Assembly: GCA_965205975.1 (NCBI GenBank)
Contig: OZ242195.1
Coordinates: forward strand, 1,728,001-1,792,000
DNA from: Candidatus Latescibacterota bacterium
GTDB lineage: Bacteria; Latescibacterota; UBA2968
Length of the DNA stretch: 64,000 nt
Direction: 5' to 3'
The notes beneath the pieces are model-generated. The model saw only the letters and a program-made list of their open reading frames with translations. It was not told where the DNA came from and searched no databases. The translations under genes were made by a program, and so were the position numbers. Of the stretch, positions 18,622 to 28,658 are shown in pieces (the stretch's first letter is position 1; the number at the start of each line of letters is the position of its first letter).

Positions 18622-19647
18622 TCATCCCTCAAATCGCCCGCGCCATGCTTCTTCACTGCGTCGCCGATCCGATAACAGAGCCTCGCTCACAAAACAAAAC
18701 AGCGCAAGAGCCAGCGGCCATTGAAACCTGTGAATATACTGTGCGTAACGCTGCGTCCCCAAATCGCGCTTCTCCATCTCTGAAATCCGTTCATGCACCG
18801 CCTGCAATCCAATCCCTCCGCCGCTGGCACGCACATATAAACCATCGGTCACACGCGCAATCTCCTTCAGAATTGCTTCATCCAACCGCGTCTTGACAAT
18901 CTTGCCCTCAGAATCCTTCAAATAATCTACTCTATCGCCATCGCGGATCGGAATTAACTCACCCTCCGCAGTCCCTACACCCACAGCAAAAATTCGCACA
19001 TCTTCTGCCGCTGCCGCGCGCGCTGCTGCAATGGGGTCGCCCCCATGATTTTCACCATCTGTAATCAAAATGAGCGCTTTGTATTTCCCATTGCGCGACC
19101 CAAATCCTCGAATGGCCGCGCGAATCGCTTCGGCAACTGCCGTGCCCTGCTCTGAAATCAATGTAACATCGACCTGTCCCAAAAACATCTTTGCCGCACC
19201 ATAATCCAATGTAAGCGGACAGAGTACATGGCTATACCCGGCAAAAGCTACTAAACCGATGCGGTCGCCTTCAAGGCGATCGATCAACCCCTCAATTTCA
19301 AAACGCGCGCGATCCAGCCTATTGGGCTTAATATCCTCGGCCAGCATACTCAACGACGTATCCAGAACAATTACCAGATCAACGCCACGGCGATGGATCA
19401 ATTCCAATTCGGTGCCTAACTGCGGTTGTACCAATGCCATAATCAAAAAAATGAATCCGACACACACCAGCGTGGATTTTATGCCTTGCCGCATGCGACT
19501 GACACCTGAAGCGAGTTTATCCATCAACTCGGGAGCACCAAACGCATACAGCGCCCTGCGCTTACGTCGAAATGCCCACCAATAAAAAAGCGCGAAAACC
19601 GGCACACACAAAAGAAAATAAAAAGCCTGTGGATCGCCAAATCGCAT
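18622..19647 (-). CDS. batB: BatB VWA-domain protein
   Basis: DTSLSM MIDAS, CPLTLD, ITDGE. Confidence 0.88.
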   Translation of the reverse strand: MRFGDPQAFYFLLCVPVFALFYWWAFRRKRRALYAFGAPELMDKLASGVSRMRQGIKSTLVCVGFIFLIMALVQPQLGTELELIHRRGVDLVIVLDTSLSMLAEDIKPNRLDRARFEIEGLIDRLEGDRIGLVAFAGYSHVLCPLTLDYGAAKMFLGQVDVTLISEQGTAVAEAIRAAIRGFGSRNGKYKALILITDGENHGGDPIAAARAAAAEDVRIFAVGVGTAEGELIPIRDGDRVDYLKDSEGKIVKTRLDEAILKEIARVTDGLYVRASGGGIGLQAVHERISEMEKRDLGTQRYAQYIHRFQWPLALALFCFVSEALLSDRRRSEEAWRGRFEG

Positions 19648-20646
19648 CTAAGGCAACCTCCGAAATCGCGTATTGCCCAGCACCAATTCCAATGATAGCA
19701 ACGCCAACCCGGGATAGAGAAACAGGTGAAACAACTCGCGATAATCCACATATTCGCGCACTTTGATCTCTGTCTTTTCCATTTCGCCAATCTCCGCGTA
19801 TATCTCCTCCAGCTTTTCTTCACTCGTCGCTCTGAAATATTTCCCACCTGTTGCATCCGCTACTTTTTTAAGCGTCTCTTCGTCAATCTCAACTTTGACC
19901 GGTACAAATCGCTTACCAAAAATCCCATCAACCTCCTGCATAATCGTACCCCTGCTGCCAGCGCCAATCGCATAAATGCGAATCCCCACAGCCTCTGCTG
20001 CACGCGCTGCGGTCATCGGATCGATCTCACCGCGATTATTCTTCCCATCTGTCAATAAAATAATCACCTTACTCTTAGCCTCAGATTCTCGCAAACGATT
20101 CACCGCAGTTGCGATCCCCAAACCAATGGCAGTGCCATCCCAGTCTTTGCCGGCAATTTCAACACCATCGAGAAAACTCAAAAACACGCCGTAATCCAGG
20201 GTAAGCGGGCATTGCGTATAGGCTTCTGCGGCAAAGACCACAAGCCCCAGACGATCATTGGCACGCCCCTGTGCAAATTGCGCTACCACCTCTTTGCACA
20301 CTTCCAACCGGGTCTTGCGCTGGTCCGCCAGATCTTTGGCCTCCATACTGCTCGACACATCAATCGCCAGCGCAATATCAATACCTTGACTTAAAATTTC
20401 TCGGCCTTCGCGCCCTGACTGCGGCCGCGCCATCGCCGCGATGAGCAAAGCCAGAGCCACACAGCGAAACGCGATCAAACTATGCCGCAGTTTCAGCGAA
20501 AGGGACGGGCCAATACGCCGAAAAAGGCGCGTATCGGAAAAACGAATGCGCCCCGACTTGCGCCTTTCGCGCCCAATATAGCGATAGATGAGTACCGGAA
20601 TAAACAACAGGAGCAGCAACCACTCCGGATTGGCAAAACGCATCAC
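19648..20646 (-). CDS. batA: BatA VWA-domain protein
   Basis: MARPQ, DVSSSM MIDAS, DGTAIG, LTDG.NN.G. Confidence 0.9.
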   Translation of the reverse strand: MMRFANPEWLLLLLFIPVLIYRYIGRERRKSGRIRFSDTRLFRRIGPSLSLKLRHSLIAFRCVALALLIAAMARPQSGREGREILSQGIDIALAIDVSSSMEAKDLADQRKTRLEVCKEVVAQFAQGRANDRLGLVVFAAEAYTQCPLTLDYGVFLSFLDGVEIAGKDWDGTAIGLGIATAVNRLRESEAKSKVIILLTDGKNNRGEIDPMTAARAAEAVGIRIYAIGAGSRGTIMQEVDGIFGKRFVPVKVEIDEETLKKVADATGGKYFRATSEEKLEEIYAEIGEMEKTEIKVREYVDYRELFHLFLYPGLALLSLELVLGNTRFRRLP

Positions 20647-21566
20647 TGGACTGTCTCCTGCGTCACAGAAGGTGTAACCAGAGTGCTCACAATGTCGCGC
20701 ACGCCATCCATCGCCTCGCGCGCCATGTAATCACGCGGTGCAAATTTGGCAAACTTGACCCGATCTGCCTCATTCAAAAAACCTTCTATAGCCATCACCA
20801 ATTGGTCGTCAAACGCCTGGGTACGCAGATCCCGCCCAATTTCAAATGTCGTGCGCTCTACCGCATGTACTGGGGTTTTTTCTTCCAAGCACCGCCTCAA
20901 AACAGCCGACAATAGAGAATAATACTGCCGGTAATTTTCCCGCTCTATCAGCCCCAACTGCCCCACTCTGTCTAATTCCTCTAACCAGTTGACAGGCGGC
21001 GGGGGCAACTCGGATCTGGGGCGACGTCTGCGTCGATAAACATACCAGACCAATCCTGCAAGCAATAGAATCATCCCGCCAACCGCCAGCCAAAACCACA
21101 CGGGAATCTGTGCGACCACAATCATCGGAGGCTTCACATCGCGAATATCCGTTGTGCCTTCTGGTCTGACACTCCGCACCAATACATCAATGGGCTGCGA
21201 CGTAATCTTTCCAGAATCTCCCTCTGCATCGACAAAATTCACGGAAACGGGTGGCACGCGAAATGCGCCCACCTGATAAATCGCCAGCACAATGTCTTGC
21301 GTTTCCCGCACCCGTCCATTTTCAAGTTGCTCTATTTCAACTTCGCCTGTGTACCGAATTTCAAATGGCTGGGGAAAATCTTTTTCGTACGCGATTTCCG
21401 CCTTATCATCAGCCCCGCGATGGATGCGCAGACGCAAAACAAAAGGGTCGCCAATTGTAATGGTATCGCGGTCAACCCCTGTCAAAAATTCTACCGCTGC
21501 ATCGGTCGGAACGGTTTGTATTCCGATCCAAACTATGACGAAAAAGAAAAAATAAATTTTACGCAT
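20643..21566 (-). CDS. Bat-operon membrane protein (BatD/DUF4381-like)
   Basis: Signal peptide, Ig domain, DIRDVKPP + TM, ADRVKFAK motif. Confidence 0.7.
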   Translation of the reverse strand: MRKIYFFFFVIVWIGIQTVPTDAAVEFLTGVDRDTITIGDPFVLRLRIHRGADDKAEIAYEKDFPQPFEIRYTGEVEIEQLENGRVRETQDIVLAIYQVGAFRVPPVSVNFVDAEGDSGKITSQPIDVLVRSVRPEGTTDIRDVKPPMIVVAQIPVWFWLAVGGMILLLAGLVWYVYRRRRRPRSELPPPPVNWLEELDRVGQLGLIERENYRQYYSLLSAVLRRCLEEKTPVHAVERTTFEIGRDLRTQAFDDQLVMAIEGFLNEADRVKFAKFAPRDYMAREAMDGVRDIVSTLVTPSVTQETVQ

Positions 21567-21575
21567 GACGAATTT

Positions 21576-21639
21576 ACGGAGTGGTGTACAACTGGTTCAG
21601 GCCAGTTCAATCGAGCATGACTGCGCCAGCAGTTCATCA
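21576..21639 (+). repeat. Interspersed palindromic repeat, family A
   Basis: ACGGAGTGGTGTACAACTG and ACTGCGCCAGCAGTT also at 62358-62406; inverted variant at 42538-42576. Confidence 0.7.
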
Positions 21640-21651
21640 GCGAATCTCGCA

Positions 21652-23016
21652 CTAATTTGGGGGGGCAGGGCGGGATTCGTCTATATGAAGTTGCAACCAC
21701 GACATCACCGAATACGGCAACACAACCACCTCGCGGCGCGTTTTTGCCGTGCCGTACCAAAAATTGTTGGCCTGCCCAATGATCAGTTCTTGCACCAGAG
21801 TTTCACCCCGCCACAGAGAAACCGTCAACACGGGATCATTCAGACTATCTGCGGCGGATTTATCCACTTGATCGGGAAACTCGGCAACGACCAGATTGTA
21901 AACGCGGTCAATCAAATCATCAATGTTGGCGTTCCCTTTGACAACGCGCCTATCCCCTACCACCTGCCATAAGCCATCCCCATCTTTCGCACAATTCACC
22001 ACACTGTCTCGATAGGCCAACCGCACGCGATCAACTCCTGTGCGATCAAACTCAAAAACGCGCTTATAACGCAATCGGGTCAATGGAATATCCAGAGCTT
22101 CTGCGAGCAATTGTTCGACGATAAACACCTGCGGCCGACTCATTACGCGCCCATACCACAGTTTCTGCCGATTATTGGGAACGCGCCTGCCCAACAACAG
22201 CGTATTGGGCACTTCATTATCTATTAAATGCAACACAACTTTGTAATCCGGATTGTCGAACCCGTAAGTTGTGGGATCATCCACCGCCTCTTTGTGAAAA
22301 GATGTAACGCGCTCATCTTTCAACTGTCTCAACAATGTCAAAATCTCGCGCGCATCAGCCCGCTCTTTTATCGGCTGAACGAGATGCCACTTCAACCCAT
22401 CCCGCACGACCTCATAAACACCCATAGGCGTTTGGAAATACGCTCGCGAGACCAAATCGGGATCAAAGGAAAACGCCCGCGTATCGCGCAATGCCATCAG
22501 CGGACGATTAAACCGCGCGCGATATTGTTTTTTTGTCAACACGACCTTATCCCCTCCCGACCAGGTCAGATAGCACCCCTGCTTTGAGGGAATATCATCT
22601 CCAAAAAACAACCACACGGGATCGCCTGATACCGGTTCAAATCGCACCTCAACCACGGGCGGATCCAGCCCAAAATCGGCGAGATTAGTCCCTGCGTAAT
22701 CGCCTTCATCAACCACAACACGACCGCGTTCAACAATCTGTGCGATCTCGATCATACCCTCAAATTCTATCCAATCTGCAGGTACTTCCAGCGGCGCGAT
22801 CAGCACCCACTCATTGCCGCGCTTCTCAGCGATAAAGTGCCCGTAGTCATTGGCCAATGTCAACCGCGCAACACCGTGCCGCTGAACTTCAATAAACGCA
22901 TTCTTCGCCTCAATCTCGCGTTGTTTCTCTGCCATGCGAGGACGTTCAAATAAAAAGACAAACCCCACCAGGCCCAAAAGAAAAACCGCCAAAATCGCTG
23001 TTATCTTAATACCCAC
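21652..23016 (-). CDS. DUF4340 domain protein
   Basis: N-terminal TM; repeated W.L..P....AD and FGLD.P / YGFD.P modules. Confidence 0.75.
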   Translation of the reverse strand: MGIKITAILAVFLLGLVGFVFLFERPRMAEKQREIEAKNAFIEVQRHGVARLTLANDYGHFIAEKRGNEWVLIAPLEVPADWIEFEGMIEIAQIVERGRVVVDEGDYAGTNLADFGLDPPVVEVRFEPVSGDPVWLFFGDDIPSKQGCYLTWSGGDKVVLTKKQYRARFNRPLMALRDTRAFSFDPDLVSRAYFQTPMGVYEVVRDGLKWHLVQPIKERADAREILTLLRQLKDERVTSFHKEAVDDPTTYGFDNPDYKVVLHLIDNEVPNTLLLGRRVPNNRQKLWYGRVMSRPQVFIVEQLLAEALDIPLTRLRYKRVFEFDRTGVDRVRLAYRDSVVNCAKDGDGLWQVVGDRRVVKGNANIDDLIDRVYNLVVAEFPDQVDKSAADSLNDPVLTVSLWRGETLVQELIIGQANNFWYGTAKTRREVVVLPYSVMSWLQLHIDESRPAPPN

Positions 23017-23109
23017 AATTCCCTCAGTTGTCAGTGGTTAGTAGTCAGTGGTCAGTTACCCCACCCAACCAGCCCTTCTTCTTTCATCTGCGGACGCCTT
23101 TCACACTTC

Positions 23110-24498
23110 TCAACGCCTGCGCCACCAGACCAGCACCCCCGCGACAATCGGGACGCCTGGCAGCACCAGCCAATACACCCACCGAATCCAAAATTCATCG
23201 CCTGGATTCAATGTCAGCGGGCGAAAAAGCGTACTTTTGGGCCGAATCGTAATTTTATCACGCGCCCGGAGCAACCAATTCGCTGCATTCATAAACAAAT
23301 CGCCATTGCCCGCCACTTCCACAAAGCGATTGCTCGCAAAATCCGAATCGCCAAATACCACAATCCGCGCCCGCGCGCCACGCCGATCATCACCCGCCTT
23401 TGCAGCAATAGTGGCCGGGCCTTCCACGACCATCGCCAGCCACAGCGGCCCCGGGCGGTCTGCCCCCGATGTGTATTGTACCGCCTCTTTGTCTTTAGCG
23501 GAAACAGCGTCCAAATTGGTCTCGCTCCAACTATTCGGCGAAGACAGCACCAGCGAAGAAACATCGGCACCTGGCAAAGATCCCACATGTTCCATTGAGC
23601 GCACCAATGGATAAAACGTCTGCAATCCCGAGTGCTTATCCGTAATGGGATGTTTGCTGTAATGTGTCGTCACGGGAACCGAAAAATCTGCGCCCGGCAG
23701 CACCTGGCTTTTATCGACCACAAAATCATTTCGCAGGCCAATAGACCACTTGTGCAACAGCGGCTCAAGCCCCGTATCGATGAGAGGATCCAACAAAAAG
23801 AACGCCGCCCCGCCCTGATTGAGATACGTCGCTACAATATCGATCTCTGCTGGCAAAAACGGGCGTTTTGGTCCCGCGACAATCAGCGCATCACAATCTT
23901 TTGGCACGCGCTGTGATTGCGCCAGCACCAGGGATGGACGCACATCGTGGTTGCCTTCTATGAGCAACTGCTTGATCCCGGAAAATCCCTGCTCTGATCG
24001 ATCGTCGGGATGCGCCTCATTGTGTCCCCCCACAAAATATACCACCTGCCGCTCTTCGCTCATCAAACGCGCAATGCCATTAGTCAGCACTTTTTCAGAC
24101 GCTTCCTGGATCCGTTCTTCCCGATTGCCGTATTCGATCACCGAAACACCATATCGCGTCACAGTATATCGCCGGGCCTCAATCGGCTCTCTGTCGGGAT
24201 CGACAAACCGGTATGCAAAACGCCTCGAATGATAGGCGTACTGTTTGAGCAAATGCTCGTAATCGCGCTGCTCTGCTTCGCGGAAAAACGCCACCACATT
24301 GACATCTTCAGACAAATTTTCCAAAAGAGAAATCGTTTGGGGCGACAGCGTATAAAGACCGCGAGCCGTCAGGTCAAAGCGCGCGTGATACCGCGTGGTC
24401 AAAAAATTAACCACCGCCAGAATACCCAGCGTGATCAACACTGCCACAAGGGCATTAGACCCGTATTTCAATATCCGATGCGATAAAAACTTGGGCAT
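23110..24498 (-). CDS. GldG-like ABC transporter auxiliary protein
   Basis: RFDLT...YTLSPQT, GHNE, GDSDF..N, WWRRR C-terminus. Confidence 0.82.
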   Translation of the reverse strand: MPKFLSHRILKYGSNALVAVLITLGILAVVNFLTTRYHARFDLTARGLYTLSPQTISLLENLSEDVNVVAFFREAEQRDYEHLLKQYAYHSRRFAYRFVDPDREPIEARRYTVTRYGVSVIEYGNREERIQEASEKVLTNGIARLMSEERQVVYFVGGHNEAHPDDRSEQGFSGIKQLLIEGNHDVRPSLVLAQSQRVPKDCDALIVAGPKRPFLPAEIDIVATYLNQGGAAFFLLDPLIDTGLEPLLHKWSIGLRNDFVVDKSQVLPGADFSVPVTTHYSKHPITDKHSGLQTFYPLVRSMEHVGSLPGADVSSLVLSSPNSWSETNLDAVSAKDKEAVQYTSGADRPGPLWLAMVVEGPATIAAKAGDDRRGARARIVVFGDSDFASNRFVEVAGNGDLFMNAANWLLRARDKITIRPKSTLFRPLTLNPGDEFWIRWVYWLVLPGVPIVAGVLVWWRRR

Positions 24499-24509
24499 AA
24501 ATCTATCCT

Positions 24510-25631
24510 CTATTTCTCTCCTGAGTAATGGCGCACCGCATCCCAATCGAGTTCTATACCGAGCCCAGGATCTGTGGGAATGGTGAGCAATCCGTCTTCA
24601 TCCAGTACAAACTGCGTGGTGACAATATCTTCAATATAAGGCGATGGGGTAATATATTCGACCCAGCGCGCAATGGGGTGTGCGGCGGCCAGATGGAGGT
24701 CTGCGAAGAGACCAATGGCGGTGTTCCAGCCATGTGTAACGACCAGAACATTGTGGTCATACGCATACCATATCAGGCGACGCACTTCAGAAATACCTCC
24801 CACCTTCGTGACATCGGGCTGGATAATATCATACGCACCGCGCTCAATCCACGGTATAAAACTCTGGCGACGAGTAAAAACTTCTCCACCGGCAATATGG
24901 ACTGGAGAATATTCTCGCAACTTGATATGGCCTTCAATATCGTCGGGGGGGAGGGCTTCTTCAAACCAGGTGACATCGTAATCGCCGAGCATGCGCGCGG
25001 TTTCAATCGCCCATTTGTAATTATGAGGCCAAAAAGCATCGCTGCCGCCCGCATCAACCATGAGTTCCACATCGGGACCACAGGTATCCCGGGCGATTTT
25101 GATGAGGCGTTCATCCATATGGCGGTCAACGCGCCCAAAAGCACCCCAGCCGAGTTTGAGTGCCCTGAAACCGCGGTCGATCGCGTCTTGCAAAGTGTGG
25201 GGAAATATTTCGGGATCTTCAAAGAGAATTGATCCGTAGGGTTTAATTTTCTCCCGATAATACCCACCGAGCAAGCGCCCAATGGGTTGCCCAACCACTT
25301 TGCCTAAAATATCCCACAGCGCGATATCAATACCGCTAATCGCATGTGTAACTGCACCCCCGCGTCCCTGCCAGAAGGTCATCTGGTGAAGTTTTTCAGA
25401 TACGCGCTCGGGTTCCAGCGCGTTCTCTCCAATGATATTGGGGCGCAACAGTCCCATCGCACCATCGACTAATGCTTTGCTGGTAAAAACACTTCCAATA
25501 CCGTTCACACCTTCATCCGTCTGAATTTCGACCAGCGTATGCATATTTTCATCCGGCCCAGGCTCCACTGTCCAGCCCGTCATAGGCGTTTCTCCAAAAA
25601 GCGGAATCGTGCGAACACCGGTGATTTTCAT
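24510..25631 (-). CDS. Mandelate racemase/muconate lactonizing family enzyme (probable sugar-acid dehydratase)
   Basis: SGIDIALWDILGK, LMVDAG, WFEE, GGE, QPDVTKVGG, PGLGIE. Confidence 0.85.
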   Translation of the reverse strand: MKITGVRTIPLFGETPMTGWTVEPGPDENMHTLVEIQTDEGVNGIGSVFTSKALVDGAMGLLRPNIIGENALEPERVSEKLHQMTFWQGRGGAVTHAISGIDIALWDILGKVVGQPIGRLLGGYYREKIKPYGSILFEDPEIFPHTLQDAIDRGFRALKLGWGAFGRVDRHMDERLIKIARDTCGPDVELMVDAGGSDAFWPHNYKWAIETARMLGDYDVTWFEEALPPDDIEGHIKLREYSPVHIAGGEVFTRRQSFIPWIERGAYDIIQPDVTKVGGISEVRRLIWYAYDHNVLVVTHGWNTAIGLFADLHLAAAHPIARWVEYITPSPYIEDIVTTQFVLDEDGLLTIPTDPGLGIELDWDAVRHYSGEK

Positions 25632-26818
25632 ACGTACTCCTTCAAGTATTCGGCTACTGCGCGTGCCACAATAACTTCTTCGTCGGTTTGGACGATCAGC
25701 ACGGCAACCGCACTGTTAGATGCTGAGATCATCCCATCTGTGGGAGGATTGGCATTGGCGACCTCGTCGAGATAAACGCCTAAGTATTCGAGACCGTTAC
25801 AGACGCGCTGGCGCACATTTGCTCCTCGTTCGCCAATTCCCCCGGCAAAAGCAATTGCATCCAGACCGCCCAGTGCGGCGGTGCAAGCACCGATTTCTCT
25901 TTTGATCCCATAACAAAATGCCTCCAGAGCGAGACGCGCACGCACGTGCCCCTTTTGAGCGGCTTCTTCGAGATCGCGCACATCGCCGCTAATACCCGAA
26001 ATGCCGAGCAAACCGCTTTCTTCTGACAAGATGCGGCTCATCTCGCTCGTCGATAAATTTTCTCGGTCCATTATATAGGGAATAATGAACGGATCGATAG
26101 TTCCAATGCGCGTACTATTGATAATACCCGTTTGGGGCGAAAAGCCCATTGAGGTATCTATGGATTGACCGTTGCGAACCGCGCATAAAGAAGCACTCCC
26201 ACCGAGATGGCAGGATACCATGCGGAGATCCTCGCGGTTGAGTATTTGCGCCGTGCGTTGCGAAACGTAGCGATGGGACGCGCCGTGGAAACCGTATTTG
26301 CGAACCTCGTATTTTTTATACCATTCATAGGGTACGCTGTAAATATAGGCATAATCGGGTATATTGGCGTGGAAGGCAGCTTCAAAAAGTCCAATCAGAG
26401 GCAGGTTGGGAGCGCATTGTGCGAAGATGCGAATCGCCTGGATATAGGGCGGATTGTGGGCAGGCGCGAGGCTGTTGTAGTCCGCCATGCGCTGCAAAAT
26501 CTCTTCCGTAAGAAGATAAGTACCCGCTTCTCCGCGCATGTGAACAGTTTTGAATCCAACGGCATTGAGGTCAGATAAGTCAGTTAGAACGCCGGTGTGC
26601 GCATCTGTCAGACGCGCAATAACATCGCGGACAGCAGAGGGATAATCCGGCAAGTGTTGTTCAGTTTCAACAACGTATTCGCCAATCTGATGGACAACGG
26701 GTGAAGACAAATCGCCGATACGTTCGAGACGACCTTCGGCGAGCACCGCTTCACCGGTCATGTCAAACAAGCGATATTTAAATGACGTAGAGCCTGCGTT
26801 TGCAATGAGGATTTTCAT
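25628..26818 (-). CDS. ackA: Acetate/propionate kinase
   Basis: NAGSTSFKY, APAHNP, KYGFHGASH, CHLGGSAS, GGIGE, TDEE. Confidence 0.92.
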   Translation of the reverse strand: MKILIANAGSTSFKYRLFDMTGEAVLAEGRLERIGDLSSPVVHQIGEYVVETEQHLPDYPSAVRDVIARLTDAHTGVLTDLSDLNAVGFKTVHMRGEAGTYLLTEEILQRMADYNSLAPAHNPPYIQAIRIFAQCAPNLPLIGLFEAAFHANIPDYAYIYSVPYEWYKKYEVRKYGFHGASHRYVSQRTAQILNREDLRMVSCHLGGSASLCAVRNGQSIDTSMGFSPQTGIINSTRIGTIDPFIIPYIMDRENLSTSEMSRILSEESGLLGISGISGDVRDLEEAAQKGHVRARLALEAFCYGIKREIGACTAALGGLDAIAFAGGIGERGANVRQRVCNGLEYLGVYLDEVANANPPTDGMISASNSAVAVLIVQTDEEVIVARAVAEYLKEYV

Positions 26819-27363
26819 GTTCTAACTGTCTCAAGCCTCTGCAGGGGCTTATCGGCAATGGGCAGATGAACGAGCGATGAAGTCACAGCCAGGAGAATCG
26901 CGGCAATCCAAATCATATCGTAAGACCCCGTTGCATCATACACGCGCCCGGCCAGCCACACGCCCAAAAAACTGCCGATCTGATGACTGAAAAAAACAAT
27001 GCCATACAGCGTGGAAAGATAGCGCGAACCAATGATTACACCGAGCACAGTGTACAGACCAAGAGGCGTGCTGACAGAAGACAAAAGCAAAAAACAGACT
27101 GCATAGAGCAATGCGCCGCCAGCAACAACCCATCGCGGCCCAAAACGATCTGCAACAATACCCAAGACAGGCAAACCAAAAATGAGGTTCTGCCACGCGA
27201 TAGCCAGGCTAAAGACTTCGCGGCCAATGCCGAGGTCCTGGCTGATCGGTGACAAAAAAAGGCCAAAGGATTGGCGAATGCCCATGCTGACAAACACAAT
27301 TAGGGCACTGCAAAATATGACAATAGTCGCTTTGCGGTTGGGCACTTTCCGATCCCACCTCAT
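26815..27363 (-). pseudogene. MFS transporter with large in-frame internal deletion
   Basis: 182 aa; N-terminal TMs (GIRQSFGLF, ADRFGPR) fused directly to the C-terminal TMs (YGIVFFSHQIGSFLG..GRVYDATGSY). Confidence 0.7.
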
Positions 27364-28658
27364 CTATGAACTACTGTCCCATATTCATTGGGAATCGGCC
27401 CGTTGTATTCCCAGGTTTCCCAGGGCGTATCTCGATGCGATTCCCGAACTATGGTTCGAATTTCTGAAACAATATCTGGATATTCAGTTGCGAGATCATT
27501 TTGTTCGCCGATATCCGCTGCCAAATCGTAGAGTTCAACAACGCCTTCGGGATTGGTATGACCCTCGGGTAAATACGCTTTCCAATCGCCGATTCGAACA
27601 GCACTGACACCACGTCGCTCCCAGTAGAGAAATTCGTGCGCTTGTTGGGTATCGCGGTCCAGGAGTGCGGGCAACATAGAAATCCCATCAACCGGTTCCT
27701 CAATGGACGCATCTGCCAATTCGCAGAACGTGGGCAACATATCCTGAAAACCCGAATAATGTGTGCTCACAGTACCGGGTTGAATCGTTCCCGGCCACCG
27801 GGCGACAAAAGGCACGCGGATACCACCTTCATAGAGGCTCCCCTTTTTTGCGCGAAGGGCACCAGCCGCATCGAAGTGTTCAAGCGTATTGCCACTGCCG
27901 TGGGGACCGTTGTCGCTCGTAAAGATAACAAGCGTATTTTCGGCAATTTCGAGCGCGTCGAGCATATCCAAAAGCGTGCCAATATCGCGGTCCATACGCG
28001 TAATCATAGCCGCCTGTGTTTTCTGATTTTCTGTCCAGGGCTTGTCTTTGTAAATATCGAGAGATGGAATTTCGAATCTGGTGTGGGGAATAGTATAGGC
28101 CAAATAGAGAAAAAAAGGATTGGATTGCTGATCGCGCACAAATTGCAAAGCCTCAGCTGTGAGCAGATCGTGTGAATACGATTTGCCGTAGAGCATAATC
28201 TTCTGATCGTTGCGCCAGAGGTGCTGCGGATAATACGTGTGGGCTTCGCGCTGGCAATTGTACCCAAAAAAGTGATCAAACCCCTGATTGTTGGGATCGC
28301 CTTCCGATCCCGGATACCCCAATCCCCATTTGCCAATACAAGCAGTGGCATAACCGCTCTTTTTGAGCAATTTGGCAACCGTCTGCGTCTCCCCGGGAAT
28401 GGGCACATTGCCCTCAATCGGCAAAGCGCGATTGTCCCGCACATAACAATGCCCCGTGTGCAGACCCGTCATAAGCACACACCGCGAAGGCGCACACACC
28501 GAAGACCCGGCATAGTGATCCGTAAACCGAATACCCTCTGCTGCGATGCGGTCAATATTGGGCGTATAAATAAACTCCTGTCCAAAACAACCCAGATCGC
28601 CATAGCCGAGATCGTCTGAGAGAATGTAGATGATGTTGGGCAGAGAATTTTTAGACAT
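27360..28658 (-). CDS. Arylsulfatase (formylglycine-dependent, no signal peptide)
   Basis: PNIIYILSDDLGYGD, CAPSR.. LMTG, GKWGLG, TSDNG, LYEGGIRVP. Confidence 0.92.
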   Translation of the reverse strand: MSKNSLPNIIYILSDDLGYGDLGCFGQEFIYTPNIDRIAAEGIRFTDHYAGSSVCAPSRCVLMTGLHTGHCYVRDNRALPIEGNVPIPGETQTVAKLLKKSGYATACIGKWGLGYPGSEGDPNNQGFDHFFGYNCQREAHTYYPQHLWRNDQKIMLYGKSYSHDLLTAEALQFVRDQQSNPFFLYLAYTIPHTRFEIPSLDIYKDKPWTENQKTQAAMITRMDRDIGTLLDMLDALEIAENTLVIFTSDNGPHGSGNTLEHFDAAGALRAKKGSLYEGGIRVPFVARWPGTIQPGTVSTHYSGFQDMLPTFCELADASIEEPVDGISMLPALLDRDTQQAHEFLYWERRGVSAVRIGDWKAYLPEGHTNPEGVVELYDLAADIGEQNDLATEYPDIVSEIRTIVRESHRDTPWETWEYNGPIPNEYGTVVHR

